DNA of 64,000 bases from the NCBI GenBank assembly GCA_963666425.2, contig OY762825.2, forward strand, positions 1,376,001 through 1,440,000, in the 5' to 3' direction. Origin of the DNA: Bacillota bacterium. Its GTDB lineage: Bacteria > Bacillota > JAAYKD01. A program made the translations under genes and the position numbers. Shown here piece by piece: positions 9,251 to 19,767 of this stretch. The notes beneath the pieces are model-generated. The model was given only the letters and a program-made list of their open reading frames with translations. It did no database searches and was not told the origin of the DNA. The first letter of the stretch is position 1. The number at the start of each line of letters is the position of its first letter.

Positions 9251-11671
9251 TTATTGCTGCGGATTCTCTTCAGCGGTCTTGACCTGCAAATGATCCACCA
9301 CAATCAGCTGCACCTCTTTGGCGTTGCAGCAGGCCTGCAGATCCTTCAGGGTCTTTTCATACCAGGCGTAGAACTCGAGGGTGGTTTCGATCCGAACCAG
9401 TTCCACTTCGGTCTTCAAGGACAGATGATTCTCCGATTTGCCTTTGCGCACCAGAGCAACCTCATCCTTGACCATTTCACCGAACGTGATTGCTTTCTGA
9501 TCAATCTGCTCCGGTTTCAGCCAGAGTGTATTGTGCAGAGAAAGCGTTTTTTCATACTGCCGAAAGAATTCCTGGTAGATATACTCTGTGATATGCGGCA
9601 CATAAGGCGCATACAGCTTCAGCAAATTGAGCAGCGCATAATAGAGCGCATATTGAGCCGATCGGCGTTCCTCACCGCCGTGGACTTCCGGCTGATAGAG
9701 CCGTTCTTTGACGATCTCCAGATAATAATCACAAAAATCTTTCCAGAAGAGATCATCGATCTCATGTCGGGCCGTACCGATTTCATATTGATCCAACAAG
9801 GCGGTGACAGTCTGAATGGTCTGATTGGTCCGTTCCACCATCCAGCGATCGATCGGCAGCAATTCCGGTCTGTAATTCAGATCGAAATCGTCGAGGTGAG
9901 AAACAGCGAATTTCGCCGCATTCCACAATTTGGTGATAAAGCGGCGGGCAATGGTCAATTCATCCGTCGAGAAGAAGGTATCCATCCCGAGACGGGAATT
10001 GGCGGTCCAGTAGCGCAGAATATCGGCCGAATAGGTTTCGATCAACACCGGCGGCGACATGGTCGCATTGCCCTTGGATTTACTGATTTTCTCACCCTTC
10101 TTGGCCAAAACAAAACCGCTGATCATGATATCTTTCCAGGGCAGCTGATCGAGATGATACAGGCTTTTGACAATAGTATAGAAGGCCCAGGTGCGGATGA
10201 TCTCATGCGCCTGTGTGCGCATCGACATCGGCAGCAGTTCGTCTGCGATGCTGTCTGGCTCACCAAAGTGGGCATTGATCATCGGCGTGGTGGAAGAAGT
10301 GTGCCAGGTATCGAAGACCGCGGTTTCCGGCACAAATTCTCTGCAGCCACAGGCACATTGACCCACGAAAGCTGTCTCGAGCGGATTAACCGGCAGCATC
10401 TCCTCACTGGCAAAGACCGGCTGACCGCACTCTTTGCAGTACCAAACCGGGAACGGCACGCCAAAATAGCGCTGCCGGGAAATGCACCAATCCCACTTCA
10501 GGTTCTCTACCCAGGAAGTGTAGCGGAATTTCATCGATTCGGGATACCAGTTAATCTGGTCGGCAGCTTTTAGGAAGCGCTCTTTCTGGCTGAGAACCTC
10601 AATATACCACTGTTTGGAAGGGATAATCTCAATCGGTTTACCGCAGCGCTCATGGGTGGCAACCGTATGCAGAATCTCTTCCGATTTGAGCAGCAGCCCT
10701 TTTTCCACGAGCAGGCGGATGATCTCTTTGCGCGCCGGGTTGACTTTCAAACCGGCGATATAGGCTACGTCCGGTGCAATCCGGCCGTCCGCCAGAATCA
10801 CTTTCCGGTAGGGCAGCTGATACTGCAGATACCATTCGCTGTCGGTCGTATCGCCAAAGGTGGCGCACATGACCACACCGGTTCCTTTGTCTTTCGCGAC
10901 CTTTTCGTCCGTATAGATCGGGATCGCATAATCATACAGCGGTACGATGGCCTGCTTGCCAACATATTTCTGATAGCGTTCATCCTCAGGGTTGACAAAG
11001 AGACAAACACAGGCAGCCAGCAGTTCCGGCCGGGTGGTGGCAACCACCAGCGCTTCGCCGTCCACCATAAAATTCAGATAATTAAAAGTGGAAGGGAGTT
11101 CCTGGCTGTCCAGCTCCGACTGCGCGATGGCAGTCTGGCATTCCGTACACCAGAGCACCGGTGATTCCTTGATGTAGGCTTTCTCTTTTTTCACCAGATC
11201 CAAAAAGGAACGCTGAGAAATGCGCTGCACCAGGGGACTGATCGTGGTATACTGCAGGCTCCAGTCTACAGAAAAACCCATACTTTGCCAAAGCTGTTTG
11301 AATTCCGCTTCGTATTTCTGCGCAGTAATTGTGCATTTTTTGATAAATTCGCTGCGGGAAACATTCTTGGCATAAATGTTCTCCTCTTTTTCCACCAGCC
11401 GTTCGGTGGGCAGACCATTGTCGTCAAAACCGAAGGGATAAAAGACCCGTTTGCCCTGCATTCTCTGAAAGCGGGCAATCATCTCTGCCTGGGTATAAGA
11501 AAAGATATGTCCGATGTGCAGACTGCCGCTGACGGTAGGCGGCGGCGTATCGATAGAATAGAGCGGCGCCTGCCGATCCGTCTTTGCATAGGCGTAGACT
11601 GCTTCTTCCTGCCAGAATTTCTGCATCTGCGGTTCGATCACTTTAAAATCATATTTCTGATCCATCATCAC
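9251..11671 (-). CDS. valS: Valine--tRNA ligase, type 2 (archaeal-like)
   Basis: DTPPPTVSGSLHIGH, FDDNGLPTER, ATTRPE, DWCISRQR, KISKSKGN. About 806 aa, no C-terminal coiled-coil arm. Confidence 0.95.
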   Translation of the reverse strand: MMMDQKYDFKVIEPQMQKFWQEEAVYAYAKTDRQAPLYSIDTPPPTVSGSLHIGHIFSYTQAEMIARFQRMQGKRVFYPFGFDDNGLPTERLVEKEENIYAKNVSRSEFIKKCTITAQKYEAEFKQLWQSMGFSVDWSLQYTTISPLVQRISQRSFLDLVKKEKAYIKESPVLWCTECQTAIAQSELDSQELPSTFNYLNFMVDGEALVVATTRPELLAACVCLFVNPEDERYQKYVGKQAIVPLYDYAIPIYTDEKVAKDKGTGVVMCATFGDTTDSEWYLQYQLPYRKVILADGRIAPDVAYIAGLKVNPARKEIIRLLVEKGLLLKSEEILHTVATHERCGKPIEIIPSKQWYIEVLSQKERFLKAADQINWYPESMKFRYTSWVENLKWDWCISRQRYFGVPFPVWYCKECGQPVFASEEMLPVNPLETAFVGQCACGCREFVPETAVFDTWHTSSTTPMINAHFGEPDSIADELLPMSMRTQAHEIIRTWAFYTIVKSLYHLDQLPWKDIMISGFVLAKKGEKISKSKGNATMSPPVLIETYSADILRYWTANSRLGMDTFFSTDELTIARRFITKLWNAAKFAVSHLDDFDLNYRPELLPIDRWMVERTNQTIQTVTALLDQYEIGTARHEIDDLFWKDFCDYYLEIVKERLYQPEVHGGEERRSAQYALYYALLNLLKLYAPYVPHITEYIYQEFFRQYEKTLSLHNTLWLKPEQIDQKAITFGEMVKDEVALVRKGKSENHLSLKTEVELVRIETTLEFYAWYEKTLKDLQACCNAKEVQLIVVDHLQVKTAEENPQQ

Positions 11672-11727
11672 AAAAAACCTCCTCGCTCACTTGGGCTGAG
11701 TACGGGAAGTTCATCCCGCCCGCCGAA

Positions 11728-12030
11728 AATAAAAACGTCCTAAAACATACAATCACCTTGTATATTTTAGGACGAATAGAACGCCGATCCGCGGTACCAC
11801 CTAATTTCGAAGCCGCCAGCTTCGCACTTGAAAGGCTCACTGCCAATAACAGCGAACACCTCTTTCCTTTTAACGGCGGAAATACCCGGCCAATCTTACG
11901 AGCGGGTTACCCCGTTTTTTAGATCAGCAGCTCAAAAGCTACTTCAGCACCCGCCTCAGGAAGATTTACAGCAGCCATCTTCTCTCTGCGCTTTGGCGAT
12001 GCACTTACTCCTCTTTCTCATTGCTCTTCT
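11728..12030 (-). promoter_or_regulatory. T-box riboswitch with Val (GUA) specifier
   Basis: AATTAGGTGGTACCGCG T-box (11790-11806); terminator CGTCCTAAAA...TTTTAGGACG-TTTTT; stem I AGAGA motif; GAA-GTA specifier at 11940-11942. Confidence 0.9.
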
Positions 12031-12052
12031 CTGCATTAATAAAATTAGGCTC

Positions 12053-12081
12053 AGTATACCAAGCGGACAGAAAAATGTCAA
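12053..12081 (-). promoter_or_regulatory. SigmaA promoter of the valS leader
   Basis: TTGACA-17 bp-TATACT on the minus strand. Confidence 0.8.
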
Positions 12082-12131
12082 GTCTCTCCGCCTTGTTTCC
12101 AGACAATATTGCTCTGAAAAGAGAGATTCCC

Positions 12132-12160
12132 TTGACGTTTCTTGATACAGACCGTATAAT
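12132..12160 (+). promoter_or_regulatory. SigmaA promoter
   Basis: TTGACG-17 bp-TATAAT. Confidence 0.75.
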
Positions 12161-12228
12161 ATAACAAAGTTCCGTCTAAAATAGAAAGGTCATAACAAAT
12201 TTCTCCTCTTTGAAAGGCAGGCAGCGCT

Positions 12229-13020
12229 ATGATGCAAAATAAAAATCAGCAGTTCACTCCGGCTGAGGTTCGTCAGAAAATCCGCCAGGAAATCATTACC
12301 TCACCCACTTCCGGCATGTGCGGCGGCTACGCGCAGGCGAATTTGGTCATTTTGCCGCAGCAGTATGCCAGAGATTTTCAAACTTTTACCGAACAAAATC
12401 CCAAGCCTTGTCCTGTGCTGGAAATCACGGCCCCCGGCAGTCCCCTGGTGACGAAAATAGCCAAAGCCGATTTGAGAACGGACTTACCCCGTTATTTTGT
12501 TTACCGTTATGGTGTCAAAACGGCTGAATTATTAAATATCCGCGAGCTCTGGCAGGACGACTTCGTTGGCTTTTTGATTGGCTGCAGCTTCTCTTTTGAA
12601 GAAGCTTTGCTGCAAGCCGGGATTGAAATCCGTCATATCAGCATGGGCTGCAATGTTCCCATGTATAAAACAAACATCACCTGCCAGCCAGTCGGCTGCT
12701 TTGCCGGACCAACCGTGGTCAGCATGCGGCCAATGACGCCGGAAAATGCCAAAAGAGCGGTCGAAATCACCGGACACTTCCCCCGCGTTCATGGTGCTCC
12801 GCTGCACTTAGGCGATCCCGCCGCCATCGGTATCACAGATTTAAGTAAACCGGACTATGGCGACGCGGTAGAAATCCGTGCGGGTGAAATTCCTGTCTTC
12901 TGGGCTTGCGGCGTCACACCGCAGGCGGTGATTGAGCAGGCCAAACTGCCTTTGGTGATCACCCACGCTCCCGGACATATGTTTATCACCGACTTAAAAA
13001 ACGCTGATTTAGCAAAATGA
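12229..13020 (+). CDS. Putative hydro-lyase, D-glutamate cyclase family (DUF1445/YcsI-like)
   Basis: GYAQANLVILP, NPKPCPVLE, IGCSFSFE, PVFWACGVTPQ, ITHAPGHMFITD. Confidence 0.9.
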   Translation: MMQNKNQQFTPAEVRQKIRQEIITSPTSGMCGGYAQANLVILPQQYARDFQTFTEQNPKPCPVLEITAPGSPLVTKIAKADLRTDLPRYFVYRYGVKTAELLNIRELWQDDFVGFLIGCSFSFEEALLQAGIEIRHISMGCNVPMYKTNITCQPVGCFAGPTVVSMRPMTPENAKRAVEITGHFPRVHGAPLHLGDPAAIGITDLSKPDYGDAVEIRAGEIPVFWACGVTPQAVIEQAKLPLVITHAPGHMFITDLKNADLAK

Positions 13021-13046
13021 AACGAAAGAATAAGAGGTAGAGTACT

Positions 13047-13940
13047 ATGCAGCACGCGGTGGAAAAAATCGCGGAGATCTGTTCCCGTTATACAACCGAA
13101 CGGGGTATGCAGGGAACTTCCGACTGCCAGGAATTTTACAATGCCGCAGAACAGCTGCTGACTGCCGAAAAAGTGATGATCGTCACCGGCTTTTGCATTC
13201 CCGCCTGCGGTATCGGTGAGACCGACGGTCCTTTGGGCAGCGTTTGCCTGGCTGTCGCTTTGGAACGTCTGGGTAAGCAAGTCTGTCTGGTCACGGATCC
13301 CTACAGCGAAGTCATTCTGCGGAATTTAATCAGGCTGCTGCAGTTGAAAGCGGATTTGTATATCCACCGCAGCTCGGATGATATCAAAGAATTACTGACC
13401 TGTCTGGAAGCATTTCAGCCGTCTCATCTGGTTGGCCTGGAACGCTCCGGCCGCGCCTTTGATGGCCGCGCCTATTCGATGCATGCCGTTGATATCACCG
13501 ACTTCTGTCCCGATACCGATCCTCTCTTCGTGCGCGCCAGAGAAATGCAGATCCCAATCAGCTGCATCGGCGACGGCGGCAATGAAGTCGGCATGGGCAA
13601 AGTGTCTGTCCTGATTCAGAGCCAGGTTCCGCAAGGCGACATCATCTGTGCTGCTTTCGCAGCCGATCATTTGCTTTCCTGCGGCGTCTCCAATTGGGGT
13701 GGCTATGGTCTGGTTGGCATCCTAAGCTTGCTCTGCGGGCAGGATTTGCTCTACGCGGATGAGACCGACTCAGCTGTGACAGACAGCATGCTGCAGAGCG
13801 GCGCCGTGGATGGGGTGCTCAAACAAATAGGCGATACAACCGACGGCTTCTCCCGCCTGGAAAATCTGGCAATTTTGCAGGAAATCCGTACTGTGGTTCA
13901 CAATTACCTGGAACCGTGCAAAGAGAAAATAGAACAATAG
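13047..13940 (+). CDS. DUF4392 family protein (D-glutamate cyclase C-terminal-like)
   Basis: TGF, ETDGPLG, ERSGR, IGDGGNEVGMG, GVSNWGGY motifs. Confidence 0.85.
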   Translation: MQHAVEKIAEICSRYTTERGMQGTSDCQEFYNAAEQLLTAEKVMIVTGFCIPACGIGETDGPLGSVCLAVALERLGKQVCLVTDPYSEVILRNLIRLLQLKADLYIHRSSDDIKELLTCLEAFQPSHLVGLERSGRAFDGRAYSMHAVDITDFCPDTDPLFVRAREMQIPISCIGDGGNEVGMGKVSVLIQSQVPQGDIICAAFAADHLLSCGVSNWGGYGLVGILSLLCGQDLLYADETDSAVTDSMLQSGAVDGVLKQIGDTTDGFSRLENLAILQEIRTVVHNYLEPCKEKIEQ

Positions 13941-14001
13941 GTGAGTTTTTCGCGCTTTCTGAATCTCTCTCTGCCATTTCTATCTATTTGCTGTAAAACG
14001 C

Positions 14002-14030
14002 TTGACAAAGTCACAGCCTTTTTCTATAAT
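14002..14030 (+). promoter_or_regulatory. SigmaA promoter
   Basis: Consensus TTGACA-17 bp-TATAAT. Confidence 0.8.
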
Positions 14031-14121
14031 GTTAGAATCCTAACAATCTAGAGAGGGGGTGTGATTTTTTGAATCAATCAAAAGCGAAGTGCGGCAGAAG
14101 AACAAACAAGGAGAAAAGCAG

Positions 14122-15930
14122 ATGAACCATCCGATCCGGAAGATTCTTGTGTTTACTGCGTTCCTACTCTGTGCGATCATGATTTTATCGAACTGCGGAC
14201 TCCTACCGATGGCCGCTGTTCCGAACCATGCCAAAATCGCTTATATTCCACTGGATAACAGACCCTGCAACAAGGAAAGAATAATCATGGCGGCCAAAGC
14301 CACCGGCTTTGAACTTCTTCTTCCTGAGGAAGATCTTTATGCAACCGTGCTGGACGGGCAGCCCAAGAATGCAAATGGCACACAATACGGCGACCGAACA
14401 GCGCTGCTGGACTGGATCTGGCAGCAGGAACAAGCAGGCTGTGATTTTTATGTGATTTCTTTCGACCAGATGATGTCCGGAGGACTCGTTCAGTCACGCA
14501 TCATGAATAATACCGATCTCAGCGCAGAAAATGCCATCATCGATTCCCTGACTGCATTGGCGAAAACAAATCGTGTGATCATCTTAAGTACCATTACGCG
14601 CCTGGCCTACTGTACTCCGGGGTATCATGGCGCAACCACCGATGACTATTACGCGTTGTATTATTATAATCTGATACCCCGTCCGACCTTGAGCGGCTCT
14701 GAATTGACGATTGATCATATCGTCAGCAACTACCAGAACAAAGCCGATGGCAGCAAAATCACCGCAAATGATCTTGACGCCTTCGAAGGATATCTGACCG
14801 ACGAGATGATCGATAATGTCGTTGCTGTCCGCGAGCGCAAGCTGCGGCTGCTGGATCGGATGATTCAGGCAGGTGAAAACGACAATTTATATTATTACAT
14901 CGGAATCGATGATGCCAGCAGCAACGAATCGGTGCAAACCAGCGAAATTGCTTTCATCAAATCGGTGATCAGTGAGAATGCCACTATTTTTTCCGGCACA
15001 GATGAACTTGCCATCATGTCGCTTGCCAAATTGAGTTCTGAAAAGTATGCCGCTGCAGCGACGGCAAATGTCTTTTACTACGGCGGTCTCGAAGACGAAA
15101 TCGCCGGCTATTTTGATATCAATACGCTGAAAGAAAATATCGAGGATCATCTGACCAGTGCAGGCTGTTCCGTAGCTGCAGATCGCAGCGGTGAAATTGA
15201 TATTCTGGTCTTAACCCAGCCAATCGAACCGGACCAGGAAAGTCAATCGATCAGAGATTTAATCCAAAAAGCAATCGACAATAGCCAGCGCCAGATTCCA
15301 ACCATCATTCTGGATGCTTCCACCGCAACCAACAACGGCAATCCGGCGTTTGGGCTGAGCTTAGTCCAAAAAGTCAACCTGGCAGAAATCATCGGTTACA
15401 GCAACTGGAACACCATCGGCAACCGGATCGGTTTTTCAGTCGGCTTTGGTCTGGCACGTTATTATTACCTGAAAAATGAAGCAAAGCCGACCGTCAGTGC
15501 ATCGGAAGGTTTTCTGGAATATACGACCTTCCAATATATCAAGGACCTTGCTTATTGCAGCACCGGCAGAAACTACCTGTCAGAGCTGATCAACCTAGAG
15601 AGCAATAGCAATAATTTCTATCTTGGCGCCGACGATTTGCGGATCAACACAATCAACCGTACGCTGGAAAGAGCTGTGATGTATGGTAGCGGCGGCGCTT
15701 CCGGCAACGATATCATCGCGAACCTAAACGCAGGCAGCTATATCGCTTCATTATATGATCAATATACTGAAGTCCGCGTGAAATCCTTGGGCGTAATTTC
15801 TGTCTCGGATTTCCGCTTTCCCTGGTATCGCAGCTTCGAGATGACTTTTGACGTCGATCTTGCTTATCCTAACGGCTATCTTGTTGCAAATAGGCGCATT
15901 TCTTTCGGCAGTAGGCACATGATTCGGTAA
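14122..15930 (+). CDS. DUF4127 family protein with N-terminal signal sequence
   Basis: IAYIPLDNRPCN, GGLVQSR, GIDDAS, GTDE, YSNWNTIGN, FPWYRSFE. ATG 14122 follows AAGGAG. Confidence 0.75.
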   Translation: MNHPIRKILVFTAFLLCAIMILSNCGLLPMAAVPNHAKIAYIPLDNRPCNKERIIMAAKATGFELLLPEEDLYATVLDGQPKNANGTQYGDRTALLDWIWQQEQAGCDFYVISFDQMMSGGLVQSRIMNNTDLSAENAIIDSLTALAKTNRVIILSTITRLAYCTPGYHGATTDDYYALYYYNLIPRPTLSGSELTIDHIVSNYQNKADGSKITANDLDAFEGYLTDEMIDNVVAVRERKLRLLDRMIQAGENDNLYYYIGIDDASSNESVQTSEIAFIKSVISENATIFSGTDELAIMSLAKLSSEKYAAAATANVFYYGGLEDEIAGYFDINTLKENIEDHLTSAGCSVAADRSGEIDILVLTQPIEPDQESQSIRDLIQKAIDNSQRQIPTIILDASTATNNGNPAFGLSLVQKVNLAEIIGYSNWNTIGNRIGFSVGFGLARYYYLKNEAKPTVSASEGFLEYTTFQYIKDLAYCSTGRNYLSELINLESNSNNFYLGADDLRINTINRTLERAVMYGSGGASGNDIIANLNAGSYIASLYDQYTEVRVKSLGVISVSDFRFPWYRSFEMTFDVDLAYPNGYLVANRRISFGSRHMIR

Positions 15931-16038
15931 TTCTTTCAGAATCAATCGCTTGAGCCGCTTTTTCGCAGACAGTATTCTCCGATTTTAAGTCCTTAGCGGT
16001 TACTTTTCTAACTAATTTATCCCAGCAGGAGGTTCCTA

Positions 16039-17778
16039 ATGATCAAAAAACTAGTCAGCTGTGTGGGAGAATATAAAAAGGCCTCTATCTTCACACCGCT
16101 TTTTGTTACCATGGAAGGCGTCATGGAAGTGGCCATCCCATTTTTGATGGCACGCTTGATTGACAATGGGATTAATCAGGGAAATATGTCTGCCGTTTAT
16201 AAAATAGGCATATTACTCATTTTTGCTACCTTGATTTCATTGCTTTTTGGTGCTCTTTCCGGCCACTATGCCGCTGTTGCATCGGCAGGTTTTGCCAAAA
16301 ACCTGCGGCGCAGGATGTATTATAAAACCCAGGATTATTCGTTTTACAATCTTGACCGATTCTCGACTGCCAGCTTGGTTACAAGACTGACCACCGATGT
16401 AACGAACGTACAGCAAGCATTTCAAATGATCATCCGCATGGCGGTTCGCAGTCCTGTCTTGCTGGTATTCTCTCTGATCATGGCTTTCGACATCAATCCA
16501 AAGCTTTCTTTGGTTTTTTTCTGTGTCATCCCCTTTCTTGCTTTTGGTCTGTTTTTGCTGATCTCTCGTGTCCATCCTATTTTTGAACGAGTCTTTCGAA
16601 CTTACGATCAATTGAACAATGTAGTACAAGAAAATTTGCGTGGGATTCGCGTCGTCAAGTCTTTTGTACGGGAAGACTATGAAAAAAAGAAATTCAATCA
16701 GGTTTCACAAAGTATTTTTAAAGATTTTACCCTAGCGGAGAAACTGCTGGCCTTCAACAGTCCGATGATGCAGCTGTCCATGTATCTCTGTATTTTAGCA
16801 ATTTCGTATTTTGGTGCCAGAATGATCGTATCCGATACGATGACAACCGGCCAGTTGATGAGTATGATTTCCTATATTTCTCAAATTCTGATGAGTCTGA
16901 TGATGCTTTCCATGGTATTTGTCATGATCATCATTTCCCGTGCCTCTGCTGAGCGAATCGTGGAAGTGTTTGACGAACAAAGTGACCTGATTACGAAAGA
17001 AAATCCCGTCACAGAAGTGAAAGACGGCTCCGTTCGCTTTTGCCATGTTTCTTTCAGTTATGCTAAAGATATGGCTCATCTCTGCCTGAATGATATAAAC
17101 GTTGAGATTCTCAGTGGACAAACCATTGGTATTCTCGGTGCTACCGGCAGTGCAAAAACCAGCTTAGTTCAATTGATTCCACGCCTCTATGACGTTACAG
17201 CAGGCTCCGTTTTGGTTGGTGGAATTGATGTGCGCGATTACGATTTAGAGGTTTTGCGCAACTCAGTGGCGGTCGTTCTGCAAAAGAATGAACTTTTCTC
17301 CGGTACAATCAAAGAGAATTTATGCTGGGGAAATGAACAAGCCAGTGACGCAGAATTAATCCGTGCCTGCCGCTTAGCGAAAGCCGATGATTTCATTCAA
17401 ACTCTCCCTGATGGTTATCAGACTTATCTTGAACAAGGTGCTACCAATTTATCCGGTGGTCAAAAGCAGCGCCTTTGTATCGCTCGTGCTTTGTTAAAAC
17501 AACCCAAAATTCTGATTTTAGACGATTCAACCAGTGCAGTCGATACCGCAACCGACAGTCAAATTCGCCAATCCTTCCGTATGGAAATTCCCGATACCAC
17601 AAAATTTATTATTGCGCAGCGGGTCGCTTCCGTCATGGACGCCGATCAAATTATTATTATGAACAACGGTCAAATCGATGGGATCGGTACGCATCAAGAA
17701 TTAATGGCAAACAATGCCATTTACAAAGAAGTTTATCAATCTCAAAATAAGAAGGAGGAAAACGTTTATGCCCAATAA
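16039..17778 (+). CDS. Heterodimeric ABC exporter subunit (TMD-NBD, degenerate site)
   Basis: 6-TM domain, GATGSAKT, LSGGQKQR, ILDDSTSAVD, IAQR. Confidence 0.92.
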   Translation: MIKKLVSCVGEYKKASIFTPLFVTMEGVMEVAIPFLMARLIDNGINQGNMSAVYKIGILLIFATLISLLFGALSGHYAAVASAGFAKNLRRRMYYKTQDYSFYNLDRFSTASLVTRLTTDVTNVQQAFQMIIRMAVRSPVLLVFSLIMAFDINPKLSLVFFCVIPFLAFGLFLLISRVHPIFERVFRTYDQLNNVVQENLRGIRVVKSFVREDYEKKKFNQVSQSIFKDFTLAEKLLAFNSPMMQLSMYLCILAISYFGARMIVSDTMTTGQLMSMISYISQILMSLMMLSMVFVMIIISRASAERIVEVFDEQSDLITKENPVTEVKDGSVRFCHVSFSYAKDMAHLCLNDINVEILSGQTIGILGATGSAKTSLVQLIPRLYDVTAGSVLVGGIDVRDYDLEVLRNSVAVVLQKNELFSGTIKENLCWGNEQASDAELIRACRLAKADDFIQTLPDGYQTYLEQGATNLSGGQKQRLCIARALLKQPKILILDDSTSAVDTATDSQIRQSFRMEIPDTTKFIIAQRVASVMDADQIIIMNNGQIDGIGTHQELMANNAIYKEVYQSQNKKEENVYAQ

Positions 17779-19645
17779 ATCTCCGAAACCGCAAAATATG
17801 GGCATCACTGCGCAACGCCTCTTATCTTATATACTGCGGGATTATCGGTTACAACTCGTTTTTGTTGCCTTTGGTATCCTGGTCAGCGCTTTGGTTGGGG
17901 TCATCGGTTCCTTGTTCCTGAGAACTCTGATCGATGATTATATCACACCGCTTATGACAACCGTCAATCCTCTTTTTGACAAGCTTACCCAAGCAATCTT
18001 GATCATGGCGATGATTTATCTGACCGGCGTACTTGCAAACCTAATTTATAATCGAATCATGGTGACGATAGCGCAGGGTGTTTTAAAACGAGTCCGTGAC
18101 GAACTGTTCGCCAAAATGCAGTCGTTACCAATTCGCTATTTCGATACACATACACATGGTGATGTGATGAGTCTTTATACCAATGATACCGATACCTTGC
18201 GCCAATTGATCACACAGAGTCTGCCGCAATTGTTCTCTTCTGGCATTACCATTGTTGCTGTATTCTGCGCGATGCTATCCACGAGCATTGCTCTTACCGC
18301 TTTTGTGATGGGGTTTGTGATCTTAATGATTTCCATCACCCGCGGCATCGCCGGCAACAGCGCCAAATATTTCGTCCGTCAGCAAACCTCTCTGGGTAAA
18401 ACCAACGGTTACATTGAAGAAATGATCAATGGACAAAAAGTAGTCAAAGTTTTTTGCCATGAAGAAAAAGCCAAACAGGGTTTCGATGCCTTGAATGAAG
18501 AACTCTGCGCCAATGCGACACAGGCGAATCGGTTTGCCAATATATTCATGCCGATCATGGGAAATCTTGGCCACATGCAATACGTACTCCTCGCTATGTT
18601 GGGTGGTTATATGGCCATCTATCGTATCGGTGGTATGACACTGGGTGGTATCGCAGCTTTTCTGCAATTAAGCAGATCTTTTACCCAACCAATCAGTCAA
18701 ATCTCTGGTCAGCTGAATTCTATCGTCATGGCAATGGCTGGCGCTTCGCGTATTTTTAGCTTAATGGATGAAAAACCGGAGATCGATGAAGGGTACGTCA
18801 CACTGGTTCATGCTAAGGTTGTTCAGGATGTGCTGACAGAAACATCGGAATCAACCGGTCTATGGGCTTGGAAGTATCCTCATCATGACGGCAGCCTGAC
18901 CTATACCAAACTGCAGGGCAATGTGGTTTTCGAAGATGTTGATTTCGGTTACAGTCCGGAGAAAACCGTATTGCATCATATTTCACTCTATGCAAAACCC
19001 GGCCAGAAGATTGCCTTTGTTGGTGCAACTGGCGCCGGAAAAACAACTATCACCAATTTGATCAACCGTTTCTACGACTTGGCGGATGGGAAAGTCCGTT
19101 TTGATCAGATCAATATCAACAAGATAAAAAAGGATGATTTACGTCGTTCCCTTGGCATCGTGCTGCAGGATGTTAATCTGTTTACCGGCACGGTGATGGA
19201 AAACATTCGTTACGGTAAATTGGATGCGACAGATGAAGAGGTTTATGCGGCTGCCAAACGCGCTAATGCAGAAGATTTTATCAATATGCTGCCGCAAGGA
19301 TACCAAACCATCTTAACCGGTGATGGTGCCGGCCTTTCACAAGGTCAGCGTCAACTGCTTTCGATTGCCAGAGTTGCGGTAGCGGATCCACCTGTTATGA
19401 TTTTAGATGAAGCTACTTCCAGTATTGATACTCGTACTGAAGCGATCGTACAAAAAGGTATGGATGCCTTGATGCAGGGTCGTACCGTTTTTGTCATTGC
19501 TCATAGACTCTCTACCGTACGAAATGCCGATGTGATCATGGTTTTGGAGAATGGCAGCATCATCGAACGCGGTAATCATCAGCAATTGCTGGCGCAAAAA
19601 GGAAAATACTATCAATTATATACCGGTGCCTTTGAATTAGAATAA
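17768..19645 (+). CDS. Heterodimeric ABC exporter subunit (TMD-NBD, consensus site)
   Basis: GATGAGKT, LSQGQRQ, ILDEATSSID, IAHRLST. ATG 17768 follows GGAGG. Confidence 0.92.
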   Translation: MPNKSPKPQNMGITAQRLLSYILRDYRLQLVFVAFGILVSALVGVIGSLFLRTLIDDYITPLMTTVNPLFDKLTQAILIMAMIYLTGVLANLIYNRIMVTIAQGVLKRVRDELFAKMQSLPIRYFDTHTHGDVMSLYTNDTDTLRQLITQSLPQLFSSGITIVAVFCAMLSTSIALTAFVMGFVILMISITRGIAGNSAKYFVRQQTSLGKTNGYIEEMINGQKVVKVFCHEEKAKQGFDALNEELCANATQANRFANIFMPIMGNLGHMQYVLLAMLGGYMAIYRIGGMTLGGIAAFLQLSRSFTQPISQISGQLNSIVMAMAGASRIFSLMDEKPEIDEGYVTLVHAKVVQDVLTETSESTGLWAWKYPHHDGSLTYTKLQGNVVFEDVDFGYSPEKTVLHHISLYAKPGQKIAFVGATGAGKTTITNLINRFYDLADGKVRFDQININKIKKDDLRRSLGIVLQDVNLFTGTVMENIRYGKLDATDEEVYAAAKRANAEDFINMLPQGYQTILTGDGAGLSQGQRQLLSIARVAVADPPVMILDEATSSIDTRTEAIVQKGMDALMQGRTVFVIAHRLSTVRNADVIMVLENGSIIERGNHQQLLAQKGKYYQLYTGAFELE

Positions 19646-19652
19646 AATAAGC

Positions 19653-19701
19653 AAAAAGCAGGCAGCAGATCAAATGATCTGCGGCTGCCTGCTTTTTTTT
19701 T
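19653..19701 (+). terminator. Intrinsic terminator
   Basis: AAAAAGCAGGCAGC...GCTGCCTGCTTTTTTTT. Confidence 0.85.
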
Positions 19702-19767
19702 ATCGCCGGAAGTGGTATGATAGAATCGTGAGGAAGATCATTTCAATTTTTATAACGAGGTGCGGCA

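Noticed and set aside
9080-10573. 497-aa plus-strand ORF
   Set aside because: Antisense shadow of valS with no recognisable motifs.
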